Assembly: GCF_026626745.1 (NCBI RefSeq)
Contig: NZ_JAPNJW010000001.1
Coordinates: 652,311 to 716,310 of the forward strand
Length of the DNA: 64,000 bases
Direction: 5' to 3'
From: Nannocystis sp. RBIL2
GTDB lineage: Bacteria > Myxococcota_A > Polyangia > Nannocystales > Nannocystaceae
A program made the position numbers and the translations under genes. Positions 19,545 to 28,408 of this stretch are shown one piece after another. Every line of letters begins with the position of its first letter. Positions within the stretch are counted from its first letter, which is position 1. The notes beneath the pieces are model-generated. The model had not been told where the DNA came from and made no database searches. It was given only the letters and a program-made list of their open reading frames with translations.

Positions 19545-22154
19545 ATGCGTAATCGTCTGTGTGGATGGTTCTCCACGCTCGCATGCATGGGCATAGGGTT
19601 CGGCGCCCTGGCGACGACTGCATGCGATTTCGTCTTCACCTGGAGCGGCGACGGGGCCCCCGGTCCGGGCGCGCCGCCGGACGAGCCGGACGGGCCGGAC
19701 GAGCCGAACGACGGCATACCCGGCTCTCTGGCGAAGGAGAAGCTCCCGCCGCTGTTCGACAGGATCACCGGCAAGCCCGTCGAGCCCGACCTGATCGTCG
19801 ACAACGACGCCGCGATCGCGCTCGGCAAGGCCCTGTTTTGGGACATGCAGAGCGGCAGCGACGGCCAGGCTTGTGCCAGCTGTCACTTCGCGGCCGGCGC
19901 CGACAACCGCTCGCGCAATCAGCTGTCGCCGGGCCTGCTCGGCGGCAACGGCAAGTTCGATCCGACCCGGACTGGCGGCAAGGGGCCCAATTTGCAGCTA
20001 GTCGCCGGCGACTATCCGTTTCACGTCTTGAAGGACCCCAAGGACCGCGACTCGAAGGTTCTCTTCGACTCCGACGACGTCACCTCCTCGCAGGGCGTCC
20101 GGCGCGCCGACTTCGAGGCCGTCAAGCCCGGCGCGCTCGACGACAAGTGTGAGACCGTCCCGGACCCGCCGTTTCAGGTCGACGGCATCAACGTGCGGCG
20201 GGTCGAGCCGCGCAACGCCCCGACCGTGATCAACGCCGCCTTCAACTTCCGCAACTTCTGGGACGGCCGGGCCAACCGCTGGTTCAACGGCGTCGATCCG
20301 TTCGGCCGCCGCAACAAGGACGCCTTCATCCTCGAGGTCAAGGGCGGCAAGCCGGTCAAGCGCAAGCTAGAGATCGTCAACGGCTCGCTCGCCTCGCAGG
20401 CTGTCGGTCCGGTGCTCAGCCCGTTCGAGGCCTCGTGTCAGGGGCGGACGCTGCCCGACGTCGGCCGCAAGCTGGTGCGCGCGCCCACGGTCCCGCTCGC
20501 GTTCCAGAAGGTCCACCCCGACGATTCGGTGCTCGGCCCGCTGGCCGCGCCGAACAAGGGCCTGGAGACCACCTACGCGAAGATGATCGAGGCCGCCTTC
20601 GCCGCCAAGCTATGGCAGTCGGATCAATGGTTCGACGCCGACAAGAACCTGCTTAAAAACCCGAACTCCGTCCCGGCCGACCAGCGCTTCACCCTGATGG
20701 AGCTCAACTTCAGCCTGTTCTGGGGCCTCGCCATCCAGGCCTACGAGCGCACCCTCGTCTCCGACGACACTCCGTTCGACAAGTACCGCGACGGCCGCGA
20801 CCCCAAGGCGCTCGGCAAGCGCGAGCTCGCCGGCTTCGACGTCTTCCTCAACCAGGGCAAGTGCGTCAATTGCCACAAGACCGCCATGTTCACCGGCGCC
20901 TCGACCCTGCACCTCATCGACGAGGAGGAGGAGGACGGCCTGGTCGAGCGCATGCTGATGACCGAGGAGCAATTTCACTACGGCGTGCGCACCAGCCCGC
21001 CGTTCAAGGTCCTGCCGTTCTCGCAGTGGAAGCCCGGCAAGGGCCAGCGCAGCCTCACGATCGACGTCGAGGCCACCCCCACCGCCAAGAAGGACGACAT
21101 CGTCCCCGGCAAGGCCGTCGGCCAGATCGTCCTCAGCAAGGTCGACGACGACGCCAGCTGCACCTACAAGCCCAAGACCATGACCTTCGGCGCCGACGAC
21201 TCGGCCACTCGCGACATCCGCATCGACGCGGAGCGGGCCGACGGCAAAGGTTGTCCCTCCGCGCTGCGGATCTCCGTCCTCGACGACGTCAAGGTCGCCA
21301 ACGCCTGGCTCGACTTCGTCCTCGTCTACGACGACGAGGGCACCCTCGCGTTCGTCGGCCAGGGCCCCAGCTCGCTGGTCAGGCTGCGTGAGCCGGCCCT
21401 CTACGACAACGGCTTCTACAACATCGGCGTGCGGCCGACCGCCGAGGACATCGGCGTCGGCGGCGAGGATCCGTTCGGCAACCCGCTGTCGTTCACCGAG
21501 CAGTACGTGCAGATGCTGCTCGGCAAGGACGTGCGCGACCCGTTCGAGGTCGACCCGTGCACCTTCGACGTCCCGTGGAACATCGTCGTCGACCGCCCGC
21601 TGTTCCCCGGCGGCTTCAGGGACAAGACCGACTGCAAGGACAAGCTCAAGACCCCGACCGGCGAGCCGAAGAACAACGCCGCCAACAAGCGCTTCATCCA
21701 GAATCTGCGCACCGCCGTCAAGGGCGCCTTCAAGACCCCGACCCTGCGCAACGTCCAGCTCACTGCCCCGTACATGCACAATGGCGGCATGTCGACCCTC
21801 GAGCAGGTCGTCGAGTTCTACAACCGCGGCGGCGATTTCCACCGCAACCTCGAGCTCGACCCCGACATCACCTTCCTCGACCTCGACGCCGACCAGCGCA
21901 AGGACCTTGTGCTGTTCCTGCAGTCGCTCACCGACGCGAACGTCGTCTACCAGCGGGCGCCGTTCGATCACCCGCAGCTGTTCGTCCCCAACGGCCTCGA
22001 CGACGTCGACGACGACAAGCCCGCCGACGGCCGCTCCGACGAGGATCTGCTCAAGGGGGACGGCCTCGAGATCCCCGCCGTCGGCGCCGCCGGCAGCCCG
22101 AAGCCGATCCGCACCTTCCTCAACCTCGAGGGCAACGACCTGCCCCCGCCCTGA
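19545..22154 (+). CDS. di-heme cytochrome c peroxidase (CCP/MauG) family protein, extended (~870 aa), probable lipoprotein
   Basis: Two CxxCH motifs (CASCH, CVNCH), plus PTLRNV and PYMHNGGMSTLEQVVEFY. The start is trimmed from ORF 19107 to ATG 19545 (MRNRLCGWFSTLACMGIGFGALATTAC). Confidence 0.8.
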   Translation: MRNRLCGWFSTLACMGIGFGALATTACDFVFTWSGDGAPGPGAPPDEPDGPDEPNDGIPGSLAKEKLPPLFDRITGKPVEPDLIVDNDAAIALGKALFWDMQSGSDGQACASCHFAAGADNRSRNQLSPGLLGGNGKFDPTRTGGKGPNLQLVAGDYPFHVLKDPKDRDSKVLFDSDDVTSSQGVRRADFEAVKPGALDDKCETVPDPPFQVDGINVRRVEPRNAPTVINAAFNFRNFWDGRANRWFNGVDPFGRRNKDAFILEVKGGKPVKRKLEIVNGSLASQAVGPVLSPFEASCQGRTLPDVGRKLVRAPTVPLAFQKVHPDDSVLGPLAAPNKGLETTYAKMIEAAFAAKLWQSDQWFDADKNLLKNPNSVPADQRFTLMELNFSLFWGLAIQAYERTLVSDDTPFDKYRDGRDPKALGKRELAGFDVFLNQGKCVNCHKTAMFTGASTLHLIDEEEEDGLVERMLMTEEQFHYGVRTSPPFKVLPFSQWKPGKGQRSLTIDVEATPTAKKDDIVPGKAVGQIVLSKVDDDASCTYKPKTMTFGADDSATRDIRIDAERADGKGCPSALRISVLDDVKVANAWLDFVLVYDDEGTLAFVGQGPSSLVRLREPALYDNGFYNIGVRPTAEDIGVGGEDPFGNPLSFTEQYVQMLLGKDVRDPFEVDPCTFDVPWNIVVDRPLFPGGFRDKTDCKDKLKTPTGEPKNNAANKRFIQNLRTAVKGAFKTPTLRNVQLTAPYMHNGGMSTLEQVVEFYNRGGDFHRNLELDPDITFLDLDADQRKDLVLFLQSLTDANVVYQRAPFDHPQLFVPNGLDDVDDDKPADGRSDEDLLKGDGLEIPAVGAAGSPKPIRTFLNLEGNDLPPP

Positions 22155-22188
22155 TCCTCGCGCCTCTGCGAGTTACGATCTGGCTTAT

Positions 22189-22243
22189 GCATGGTTGCCA
22201 GGACATGTCCTTGATGACATGTCCTCGCGGCCATGCGAATTCT
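22189..22243 (+). repeat. CATGYCC-family array, 4 units at 14-bp period
   Basis: Cores at 22190/22204/22218/22232 (GCATGG, GGACATGTCC, GACATGTCC, GCCATGCG). Confidence 0.8.
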
Positions 22244-22352
22244 TGACGCCGGCCGACCGCGCGCGGCTGCTCGCCCCGGGGCGCACGGCGCGCGGTCCGC
22301 TGCGACCGGCGCCGGCGGTCGCCGTCTGCGCTAGGATGGATCCGGTCCGACG

Positions 22353-23447
22353 ATGCCGTCCGCGCTCCTCGCCGCAGTGCTCGCGTTCCAGGTGCCCCAG
22401 CCCCCGTCTGCCGGCGCGATCGAGTGGCAGGCGCCGGCGGGCTGCCCCGATCGCCGCGCGCTGGCCGGGGCGATCGCCGGCCGCCTCGGCCGCGAGCCCG
22501 CCGCCGACGAGGTCTCTCTGGTCGGGCGGGTCGAGCGGGACGGCGCCTCGCAGTACCACCTCGACCTGCGCCTCACCGTCGGCGGTCACGCCCAGACCCG
22601 GCGCCTCAGCGCTCGTCGCTGCGCCGCGCTGGTCGACGCCGCTGCGCTCCTGACCGCCCTCGCGCTCGACCCCACCGCCGCCGAGCGCGGCGGGCCGACC
22701 GATCTGGTCGCGCCGGAGGTCGAGTCCACGCCGACCGAGCCCGAGCCGCCTCCCGGCCCTGAGCCGGCCCCTGGCTCCGAACCCGCCCCGCCCGTCACCC
22801 TCGCCCCCGAGGCCGTCGTCGACGACCCTGCCGCGCCGCTCCAACCGCCCGAACCCGCGCCCGCGCCCGAGCCCGCCGTCGTCACCGCCGACGAGCCGCT
22901 CGCCCCGGCCCCGCCGCCGCGCAAGCGAGGTCCCGGCGCGCTGCTCCGCCTCTCGGCCGGCTTCGAGGTCGGCACCGTCCCCGCGCCCACCGCCGCGCTC
23001 GAGCTCGTCGCCGGCGTCCTGTGGCGGCGCGCTCGCCTCGAGTTCCACGGCGTCCACCTCGTCCCCCAGACCGAGGCGCGCCTGCCCAACGAGGTCCGCG
23101 TCTACCTGCTCGGCGGCGGCGCCCGCGGCTGCGCTCGCCTGTCGCGCGGCCGCTTCGAGTTCCCCCTGTGCGGCGGCGCCGAGCTCGGCGGCCTGCGTGG
23201 CCAGGGTCGCGGTCCGGGCGCGCGCGCGGCCACCGGCCTGTGGGCGGCGGTGCTCGTCTCGGCCGGCGCCACCTGGCGGTTTCACCGGCTGCTCGGCCTC
23301 AGCCTGGCCGCCCAGGGCCTCGTCCGCCTGGCCGCCCCGAGCTTCGACCTGGAGGACACCCCGGAGCCGGTCAACCTGTTCACCAGCGCGCCGGCGAGCC
23401 TGCGCCTGCTCCTCGGCCTCGAATTGCGCCTCGGAGACCCGCGGTGA
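22353..23447 (+). CDS. hypothetical Pro/Ala-rich protein
   Basis: ORF with MPSALLAAVLAF start; it has a central PEPAP-type low-complexity region and a C-terminal hydrophobic region. It is coding-like but has no recognisable domain. Confidence 0.4.
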   Translation: MPSALLAAVLAFQVPQPPSAGAIEWQAPAGCPDRRALAGAIAGRLGREPAADEVSLVGRVERDGASQYHLDLRLTVGGHAQTRRLSARRCAALVDAAALLTALALDPTAAERGGPTDLVAPEVESTPTEPEPPPGPEPAPGSEPAPPVTLAPEAVVDDPAAPLQPPEPAPAPEPAVVTADEPLAPAPPPRKRGPGALLRLSAGFEVGTVPAPTAALELVAGVLWRRARLEFHGVHLVPQTEARLPNEVRVYLLGGGARGCARLSRGRFEFPLCGGAELGGLRGQGRGPGARAATGLWAAVLVSAGATWRFHRLLGLSLAAQGLVRLAAPSFDLEDTPEPVNLFTSAPASLRLLLGLELRLGDPR

Positions 23448-23485
23448 CGGAAACCGTCTCGGCCGGGGACAGCCCCCACGGCCCC

Positions 23486-24979
23486 ATGCTGCTCGCCACC
23501 GACCGAGACGCGCGCTTTCGCGCCATCTACGACCGAGAGTTCCACTTCGTGTGGTCGGCCGCGAAGTACTTCGGCGTCCCCGTGGCCGCCCGCGACGACG
23601 TGGTCCAGGACGTCTTCCTCACCGCCTACCGCCGCTTCGACCAGGTCCACTACCAGGTCTCGGCGCGCGCCTGGCTGTACGGCGTCACCCGCCGCGTCGC
23701 CTCGCACTGGCACCGCGGCGTCGCCCGTCGGACCCGCCGGATCGCCGCCCTCGGCGACCTCACCGGCCACGTCGGCGAGGCCCCGCAGGAGCGCCACGAC
23801 GCCGCCCGCCTGCTCGAGCGCCTGCTCGCCGGCCTGCCTCGCGGCACCCGCGAGGTGTGGGAGCTGACCGAGCTGCTCGGCATGAGCGGCCCCGAGATCG
23901 CCGCCGAGCTCGAGCTGCCGCTCAACACCGTCTACTCGCGGCTCCGCCTCGCGCGCGCCCGCCTGCTCGAGCTGGCCGCCAGCCCCGAGCTGCTGGCCTC
24001 CGAGGTCGCCGAAGGCCGCCGCCGCGAGGCGCCGCCGGCCGACGCCGCCTCGCGCACCTGGGCCGTGATGGTCCCGCTGTTCGGGCACGGCAAGCTCGCC
24101 ACCGTGGCCGCCGCCTGGACCACCGCGCGCGCCGGCGTCATGACCACCCTCGTCGTCGCCGGCGCCACCACCGTCGTCGCGGTCGCCCCGCGCCAGGCCC
24201 CGGGCCGGGCCACCACCGCGCACGTCGAGGACCTGTCCGCAAAGCCATCTGCAGCTCGATCCAGCGGTGACATGTCCCGAGAGACAGCCTCTCTCCCGCC
24301 CGCCGGCATGTCCCGAGAGACAGCGACACTCCCGCCCCCCGACATGTCGCGAGAGACAGCCTCTCTCCCGCCCGCCGGCATGTCCCGAGAGACAGCCTCT
24401 CCCCCGCCCGCCGGCATGTCCCGAGAGACAGCCTCGCCCGCGATCGCCGTCACGTCTCGAGAGACAGCCTCGCTAGCGATCGCCGTCCCGCTCCAGTCCC
24501 ACGCCTCCCCGTTCTCGTTCGCCCACCTCCGCGCGCAGGTCGCCGGCGTGTGGACCCGCGCGACCGCCCCCCTGTCGCCGGGCCCGGCGGCCGACCTATC
24601 CCCGAGGACAGCCTCCCCCGCGCCCGCCGGCCGGGTGACGCGCCCGGCTTACGATCAGCTGCTGTCCCGAGAGACATCCGCGCGCTCGCCCGCCCGCGAC
24701 GACCTCGCCCTCGAGGTCGGCCTCCTCGACCGCGCCCGCGCCCGCCTCGACGCCCGCGACCCGGCAGGCGCCGCCCAGCTCCTCGACGCTCACGCGCGCC
24801 AGTTCCCGCGCGGCGCCCTCGTCGACGCCCGCGAGGCCGCCGCGGTCGAGCTCCTGTGCCTGCAAGGCCGCCCCGCCGACGCCGCGACCGCCGCCCTGCG
24901 CCTGGCCGCGCGCCTGCCCGACTCGGTGCTCGCCCGCCGCTTCGAGCGCTTCGTCTGCCCCGACGACGAGCCGCGCTGA
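23486..24979 (+). CDS. ECF sigma factor fused to (or read through into) a TM segment and a repeat-containing C-terminal domain
   Basis: Sigma-70 region 2 (DVVQDVFLTAYRRFDQ) and region 4 (GMSGPEIAAELELPLNTVYSRLRLARARL) are present. Then comes a TM-like stretch (VMVPLFGHGKLATVAAAWTTARAGVMTTLVVAGA). After that comes 6 x 12-aa tandem repeats MSRETASLPPAG, with no stop before 24979. Confidence 0.65.
   Translation: MLLATDRDARFRAIYDREFHFVWSAAKYFGVPVAARDDVVQDVFLTAYRRFDQVHYQVSARAWLYGVTRRVASHWHRGVARRTRRIAALGDLTGHVGEAPQERHDAARLLERLLAGLPRGTREVWELTELLGMSGPEIAAELELPLNTVYSRLRLARARLLELAASPELLASEVAEGRRREAPPADAASRTWAVMVPLFGHGKLATVAAAWTTARAGVMTTLVVAGATTVVAVAPRQAPGRATTAHVEDLSAKPSAARSSGDMSRETASLPPAGMSRETATLPPPDMSRETASLPPAGMSRETASPPPAGMSRETASPAIAVTSRETASLAIAVPLQSHASPFSFAHLRAQVAGVWTRATAPLSPGPAADLSPRTASPAPAGRVTRPAYDQLLSRETSARSPARDDLALEVGLLDRARARLDARDPAGAAQLLDAHARQFPRGALVDAREAAAVELLCLQGRPADAATAALRLAARLPDSVLARRFERFVCPDDEPR
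24272..24487 (+). repeat. 6 x 36-bp in-frame tandem repeats (ATGTCCCGAGAGACAGCCTCTCTCCCGCCCGCCGGC), each with a CATGTCCC core and a GAGAGacagcCTCTC hairpin
   Basis: Seen in the sequence. They encode a 6 x MSRETASLPPAG-like repeat in the ECF sigma CDS. Confidence 0.9.
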
Positions 24980-25210
24980 GCTCCGAACCCGCAGAGAGCC
25001 GCGCCGCGAGATCGCCGCGGACCGACGCGCTCGTCCGCTGGTCTGCGCGCCAGGGGTGCCCGACCACGTTCTGCGGTGCTCCAGCCCCCGAGCCCCTCGC
25101 GGCGAAGCATCGGAACACCCCGCGAGCACCATCGCCGTGCGTGACCGATGCGAGCGCGTACGAGTCCGCTGTCCGCGCCCTCACAGCCGCACCTCGAGCG
25201 CAGCCCAATC

Positions 25211-25232
25211 CACCTGTCCCTCAGGACATCTC
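25211..25232 (+). repeat. 2 units (CACCTGTCCC / GGACATCTC) next to a lower-GC stretch upstream of the SnoaL gene
   Basis: Seen in the sequence. Confidence 0.5.
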
Positions 25233-25459
25233 ATCTTTGATATCTTTTCCAAGAACGCCCTGCCAGCCGCGGCCGGTGGCGGCCAACTGTCCGCAGCGCC
25301 CGAGGTCGCCCGCAGGCCGCTGCGCCGCGCTCGCCGGGCCGGTCGCGCCTCTTGCGCTCACGCCTCCAAACGCGCTCCTCGGGCCCCGATCGCCGCTTTC
25401 GCCGGCGTGCGAGCCACCGGCGGCTTGCCCTGTCCGGAGGCCCGCTCAATGCCTCGAGC

Positions 25460-25864
25460 ATGACGGCACCGACGAACCCGGAGCGTGACCGCGAGGTCGA
25501 CGCGTTCTTGCACCTCCTCGGGCGCGCGCTGGTGGAAGGCGACGCCCTCACGGTGGCGACGCTGTACGAGACCCCGGCCTTCGTGCTGGCGGACTCCGGC
25601 GCGCAGGCCGTCGCCCGGCGCGAGGAGATCGAGCGCTTCTTCGCCGGTGCGCGGGCGCAGTACCTCGAGCGCGGCGTGACGATGACGCGCCCGGAGGTCG
25701 AGTCGCGCGAGTGGGTCGGCGACCGCGTCGTCCTCGTCCGCGTGGCCTGGCCCTACATCGACCGCGACGGCCGCGAGGTCGGCCTCGAGCGCTCGACCTA
25801 CGCCCTCCGCCGCGACGACTCCGGCGCCCTGCGGATCCGCGTGGTCATGGCCCACCGCGACTGA
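25460..25864 (+). CDS. SnoaL-like/NTF2-like domain protein
   Basis: ATG 25460 (MTAPTNPERD), trimmed from ORF 25352. Confidence 0.5.
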   Translation: MTAPTNPERDREVDAFLHLLGRALVEGDALTVATLYETPAFVLADSGAQAVARREEIERFFAGARAQYLERGVTMTRPEVESREWVGDRVVLVRVAWPYIDRDGREVGLERSTYALRRDDSGALRIRVVMAHRD

Positions 25865-26369
25865 CCTGTCCCCGAGGACATCCATCGCCGGACCCGTCGG
25901 GCGTGAACTTTCCCCACGAATAATCCGGGTGGTCCACCGCGATCATGGTCCACGCTTCCACGCCGGTGTCCTCGTCGACCTCGAACAGCAGGCGGGCGCC
26001 GCCTGGGATCGCCAGCATGCGGCGCTTCTCGCGGTCGCGTCCGGTGATGAAGGGCACCTGCTCGGCGTTGAGCCGCTCGACGACGTCGTCGTAATCGGGC
26101 GCCTCCGAGTCGCCGAGGATCCACGCGTCGATCTCGCGCTCCCCATCCGCTTCGAGCTGGATCAGATAATCGTGATAGAGCGTGTAGACGAGGTCCCCGT
26201 CGAGGAACAGCTCGAAGTTGCCGTAGCGCCAGACCTCGGTGCCGCCGCCGCTGGCCATACGCTCGCTGGGCGGGCCCAGCCGCTCGAGGACGATGTCGCG
26301 GGTGTCGCCGGGTCGCACGCCGCCGAGCTGACCTTCGACCACGAGGCTGCGGATCGAGAACGCGATCAT
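25845..26369 (-). CDS. hypothetical protein
   Basis: Diverse composition (MIAFSIRSLVVEGQLGG...). The C-terminal ~20 codons read through a repeat unit (25863..25883). Confidence 0.5.
   Translation of the reverse strand: MIAFSIRSLVVEGQLGGVRPGDTRDIVLERLGPPSERMASGGGTEVWRYGNFELFLDGDLVYTLYHDYLIQLEADGEREIDAWILGDSEAPDYDDVVERLNAEQVPFITGRDREKRRMLAIPGGARLLFEVDEDTGVEAWTMIAVDHPDYSWGKFTPDGSGDGCPRGQVSRGGP
25863..25883 (+). repeat. 2 units (GACCTGTCCCC / GAGGACATCC) at a convergent gene junction
   Basis: Seen in the sequence. Confidence 0.55.
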
Positions 26370-26427
26370 GGTCCGTCGACGCTACCACGGAGCCGCGAGC
26401 GCGCCGCGAGCCCCACGCGACCGGCCC

Positions 26428-26940
26428 TCAGAACCGCAGCGCGCAGCCGCCTGGATCGCACTGCACCCGCTTCCGCTTGAGCCGCATCGCCCCGATCGAC
26501 GCCGTGAAGAGCAGCGCGCTCGAGATCAGGAGCAGCGACACGCTCACCCCGAGGCCCTGACGGGTCAGGCGCAGCTCGGCGTCCTCGCGCGGGCTCACCG
26601 GCTCGCGCATCGTCACCGCCGCGGCCACCCCTCCGGCCGCGAGCGCGAGCCCCGGCAGCCCGAACGCCGCGAGCCACTTCAGCTTGCGCCGGGCCAGCTG
26701 CGCGTCGCTCTCGTCGCAGCCCCACGCCGCCTGGATCTTCGCCGCCATCTCCTCGTCGGTGGGCGTCGGCGGCGACACGGTGACATCGGGCCGCGGCACC
26801 CTGGGCGGCGGGCACGGCTCCCCCCCCGGCATGCAGCCGCCCGCGCACATCGTCGCCCCCTCCGGACAGGACTCCGGCGCCTCGAGACCCGCCGGCGGCT
26901 GCAGCAGCAGGGCGACCGAGACCAGCGCGGCGACGACCAT
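26428..26940 (-). CDS. hypothetical Cys-rich membrane protein
   Basis: N-terminal TM (MVVAALVSVALLL), a Cys-rich segment and a C-terminal TM. Confidence 0.45.
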   Translation of the reverse strand: MVVAALVSVALLLQPPAGLEAPESCPEGATMCAGGCMPGGEPCPPPRVPRPDVTVSPPTPTDEEMAAKIQAAWGCDESDAQLARRKLKWLAAFGLPGLALAAGGVAAAVTMREPVSPREDAELRLTRQGLGVSVSLLLISSALLFTASIGAMRLKRKRVQCDPGGCALRF

Positions 26941-26987
26941 CCCGCCCAGAGTACCTCACCGGCGGCCGCCCGTCACCGGTCCCTCGG

Positions 26988-27050
26988 ACCATGCCCTCTC
27001 GGCCATGTCCTGGCAGACATGTCCCCGACGACATGTCGCCGAGGCCATCC
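26988..27050 (+). repeat. CATGYCC-family array, 5 units at exact 14-bp period
   Basis: CAT at 26990/27004/27018/27032/27046. Confidence 0.85.
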
Positions 27051-27058
27051 AGAACGAC

Positions 27059-28408
27059 TCACACCGCGTCGCTGACGCTGGCGAAGTGGAAGTCCTTCGC
27101 CACCAGCGGCGGCACCACCGCGACCATCCCGTCGTCAGCCGTGCGCTCGGGCTTGCCGATCGCCACCAGGTTCTTCAGCAGCGCCGCCGGGCTCTCGTTG
27201 TAGCGCATGTTCTTGACCGGCCGCGCGATCTTCCCCTGCTCGATGAGGAACGTGCCGTCGCGGGTCAGCCCGGTCGCCAGGATCTGCCGCGGGTCGAGCA
27301 TGCGGTTGTAGAAGAAGCGCGTCACCAGCACCCCGCGCTCGACCCCGCGGACCAGCTCGAGCAGGTCCTTGCCCTCGGCCGGGTCGGCGGGCGCGAGGAA
27401 GATCGAGCGCGGCCCCGGCAGCGGCGGCTTGCTCTGCTTGTGGGCCCAGAACCGGCTGTAGGCCAGCGCCTTCAGCGTCCCGCGGTCGATCCACGTCGTC
27501 GCCGGCAGCGGCAGCCCGTCGCCCGCGAACGGGATCGACGGCCAGCGCGGGTCGGCCGGGTCGGAGCGCAGCGTCACCCGCGGGTCGAACAGCGCCTCGC
27601 CGATCGCGTTGCCGCCGGGTCGGCTGAAGAAGCTGCGGCCCTCGTCGGCCGCGCGGGCCTGCAGCGCCGACACCAGGAAGCCGAGCAGGTCGGCCACCGC
27701 CTGCGCCTCGAGCACCACGGTGTACGCCCCGGGCGCCAGCGCGTCCGCGCCCTGGCTCGACATCGTCGCCTTGTCGGCCGCTCGCCGCGCCAGCGCCGGC
27801 GCGTCGAGCTCGGCTAGGCGGTGTGACGCGCCGCCGGCCCAGCCGCTGCCCTTGCCGTCGGGCGTGCGCATCGTCGTCGTCAGCGACGCCTCGGTCGCCG
27901 CGTGGAGCGCGAACAGACCTGTCCGATTGGCCAGGACAGTCACCCCGTCCTCGTGCTCGACGATCCCCGAAGCCACCAGCTTGGCCTCGCGCGCCACCTT
28001 CAGCACCCGCGCCACCACCTCGGTGCGCCCCTCGGGCCCGACCTCCGCCGTCTTCGCGTCGCGGGCCGCCACCTTCGCGTACTGCTGCGGCCCCAGCGGC
28101 GGCTCGTGCTCCGGGTCCTTCGGCGCCAGCTTGGCCAGCGCCTCCGCCTCGCGCACCAGCGCCTGCAGCGACGCCGCGTCGCGCCCGGTGCCTGACACCG
28201 TCGCCACCCGCCCGTCCTTCGCCGCAGTCACCGACACCTCGAAGCGCGCCGCCTCGCCGGACGTCGTCGGCGCGCCCGCGGCGAACCGCAGGTACGCAGT
28301 GCGCCGCGCGGTCACTCGCAGGCTCACGTCTTCGAAGCTCGCGGCGGCCAGCGCCGACTTGACCAGCGCCCGCGCCTCGGCCGGGCTCAACGGAGACTGC
28401 GCGCTCAC
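27059..28408 (-). CDS. pmbA: PmbA/TldE-family metallopeptidase modulator
   Basis: TldD/PmbA family architecture. The GTG start overlaps the tldD stop (GTGA). Confidence 0.8.
   Translation of the reverse strand: MSAQSPLSPAEARALVKSALAAASFEDVSLRVTARRTAYLRFAAGAPTTSGEAARFEVSVTAAKDGRVATVSGTGRDAASLQALVREAEALAKLAPKDPEHEPPLGPQQYAKVAARDAKTAEVGPEGRTEVVARVLKVAREAKLVASGIVEHEDGVTVLANRTGLFALHAATEASLTTTMRTPDGKGSGWAGGASHRLAELDAPALARRAADKATMSSQGADALAPGAYTVVLEAQAVADLLGFLVSALQARAADEGRSFFSRPGGNAIGEALFDPRVTLRSDPADPRWPSIPFAGDGLPLPATTWIDRGTLKALAYSRFWAHKQSKPPLPGPRSIFLAPADPAEGKDLLELVRGVERGVLVTRFFYNRMLDPRQILATGLTRDGTFLIEQGKIARPVKNMRYNESPAALLKNLVAIGKPERTADDGMVAVVPPLVAKDFHFASVSDAV
27914..27943 (+). repeat. inverted pair ACCTGTCC-gattggcca-GGACAGT inside the pmbA CDS
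   Basis: Seen in the sequence; possibly a chance occurrence. Confidence 0.35.

Noticed and set aside
19838-19858. GGGACATGCAG inside the cytochrome c peroxidase CDS as a repeat-family unit
   Set aside because: It is a single isolated occurrence, encoding the conserved LFWDMQSG region, with no 14-bp-phased neighbours. It is most likely chance.
24272-24487. Possible CRISPR array (regular 36-bp repeats)
   Set aside because: The repeats are directly adjacent with no unique spacers, sit in-frame within a CDS, and there are no cas genes. It is a coding tandem repeat, not a CRISPR array.
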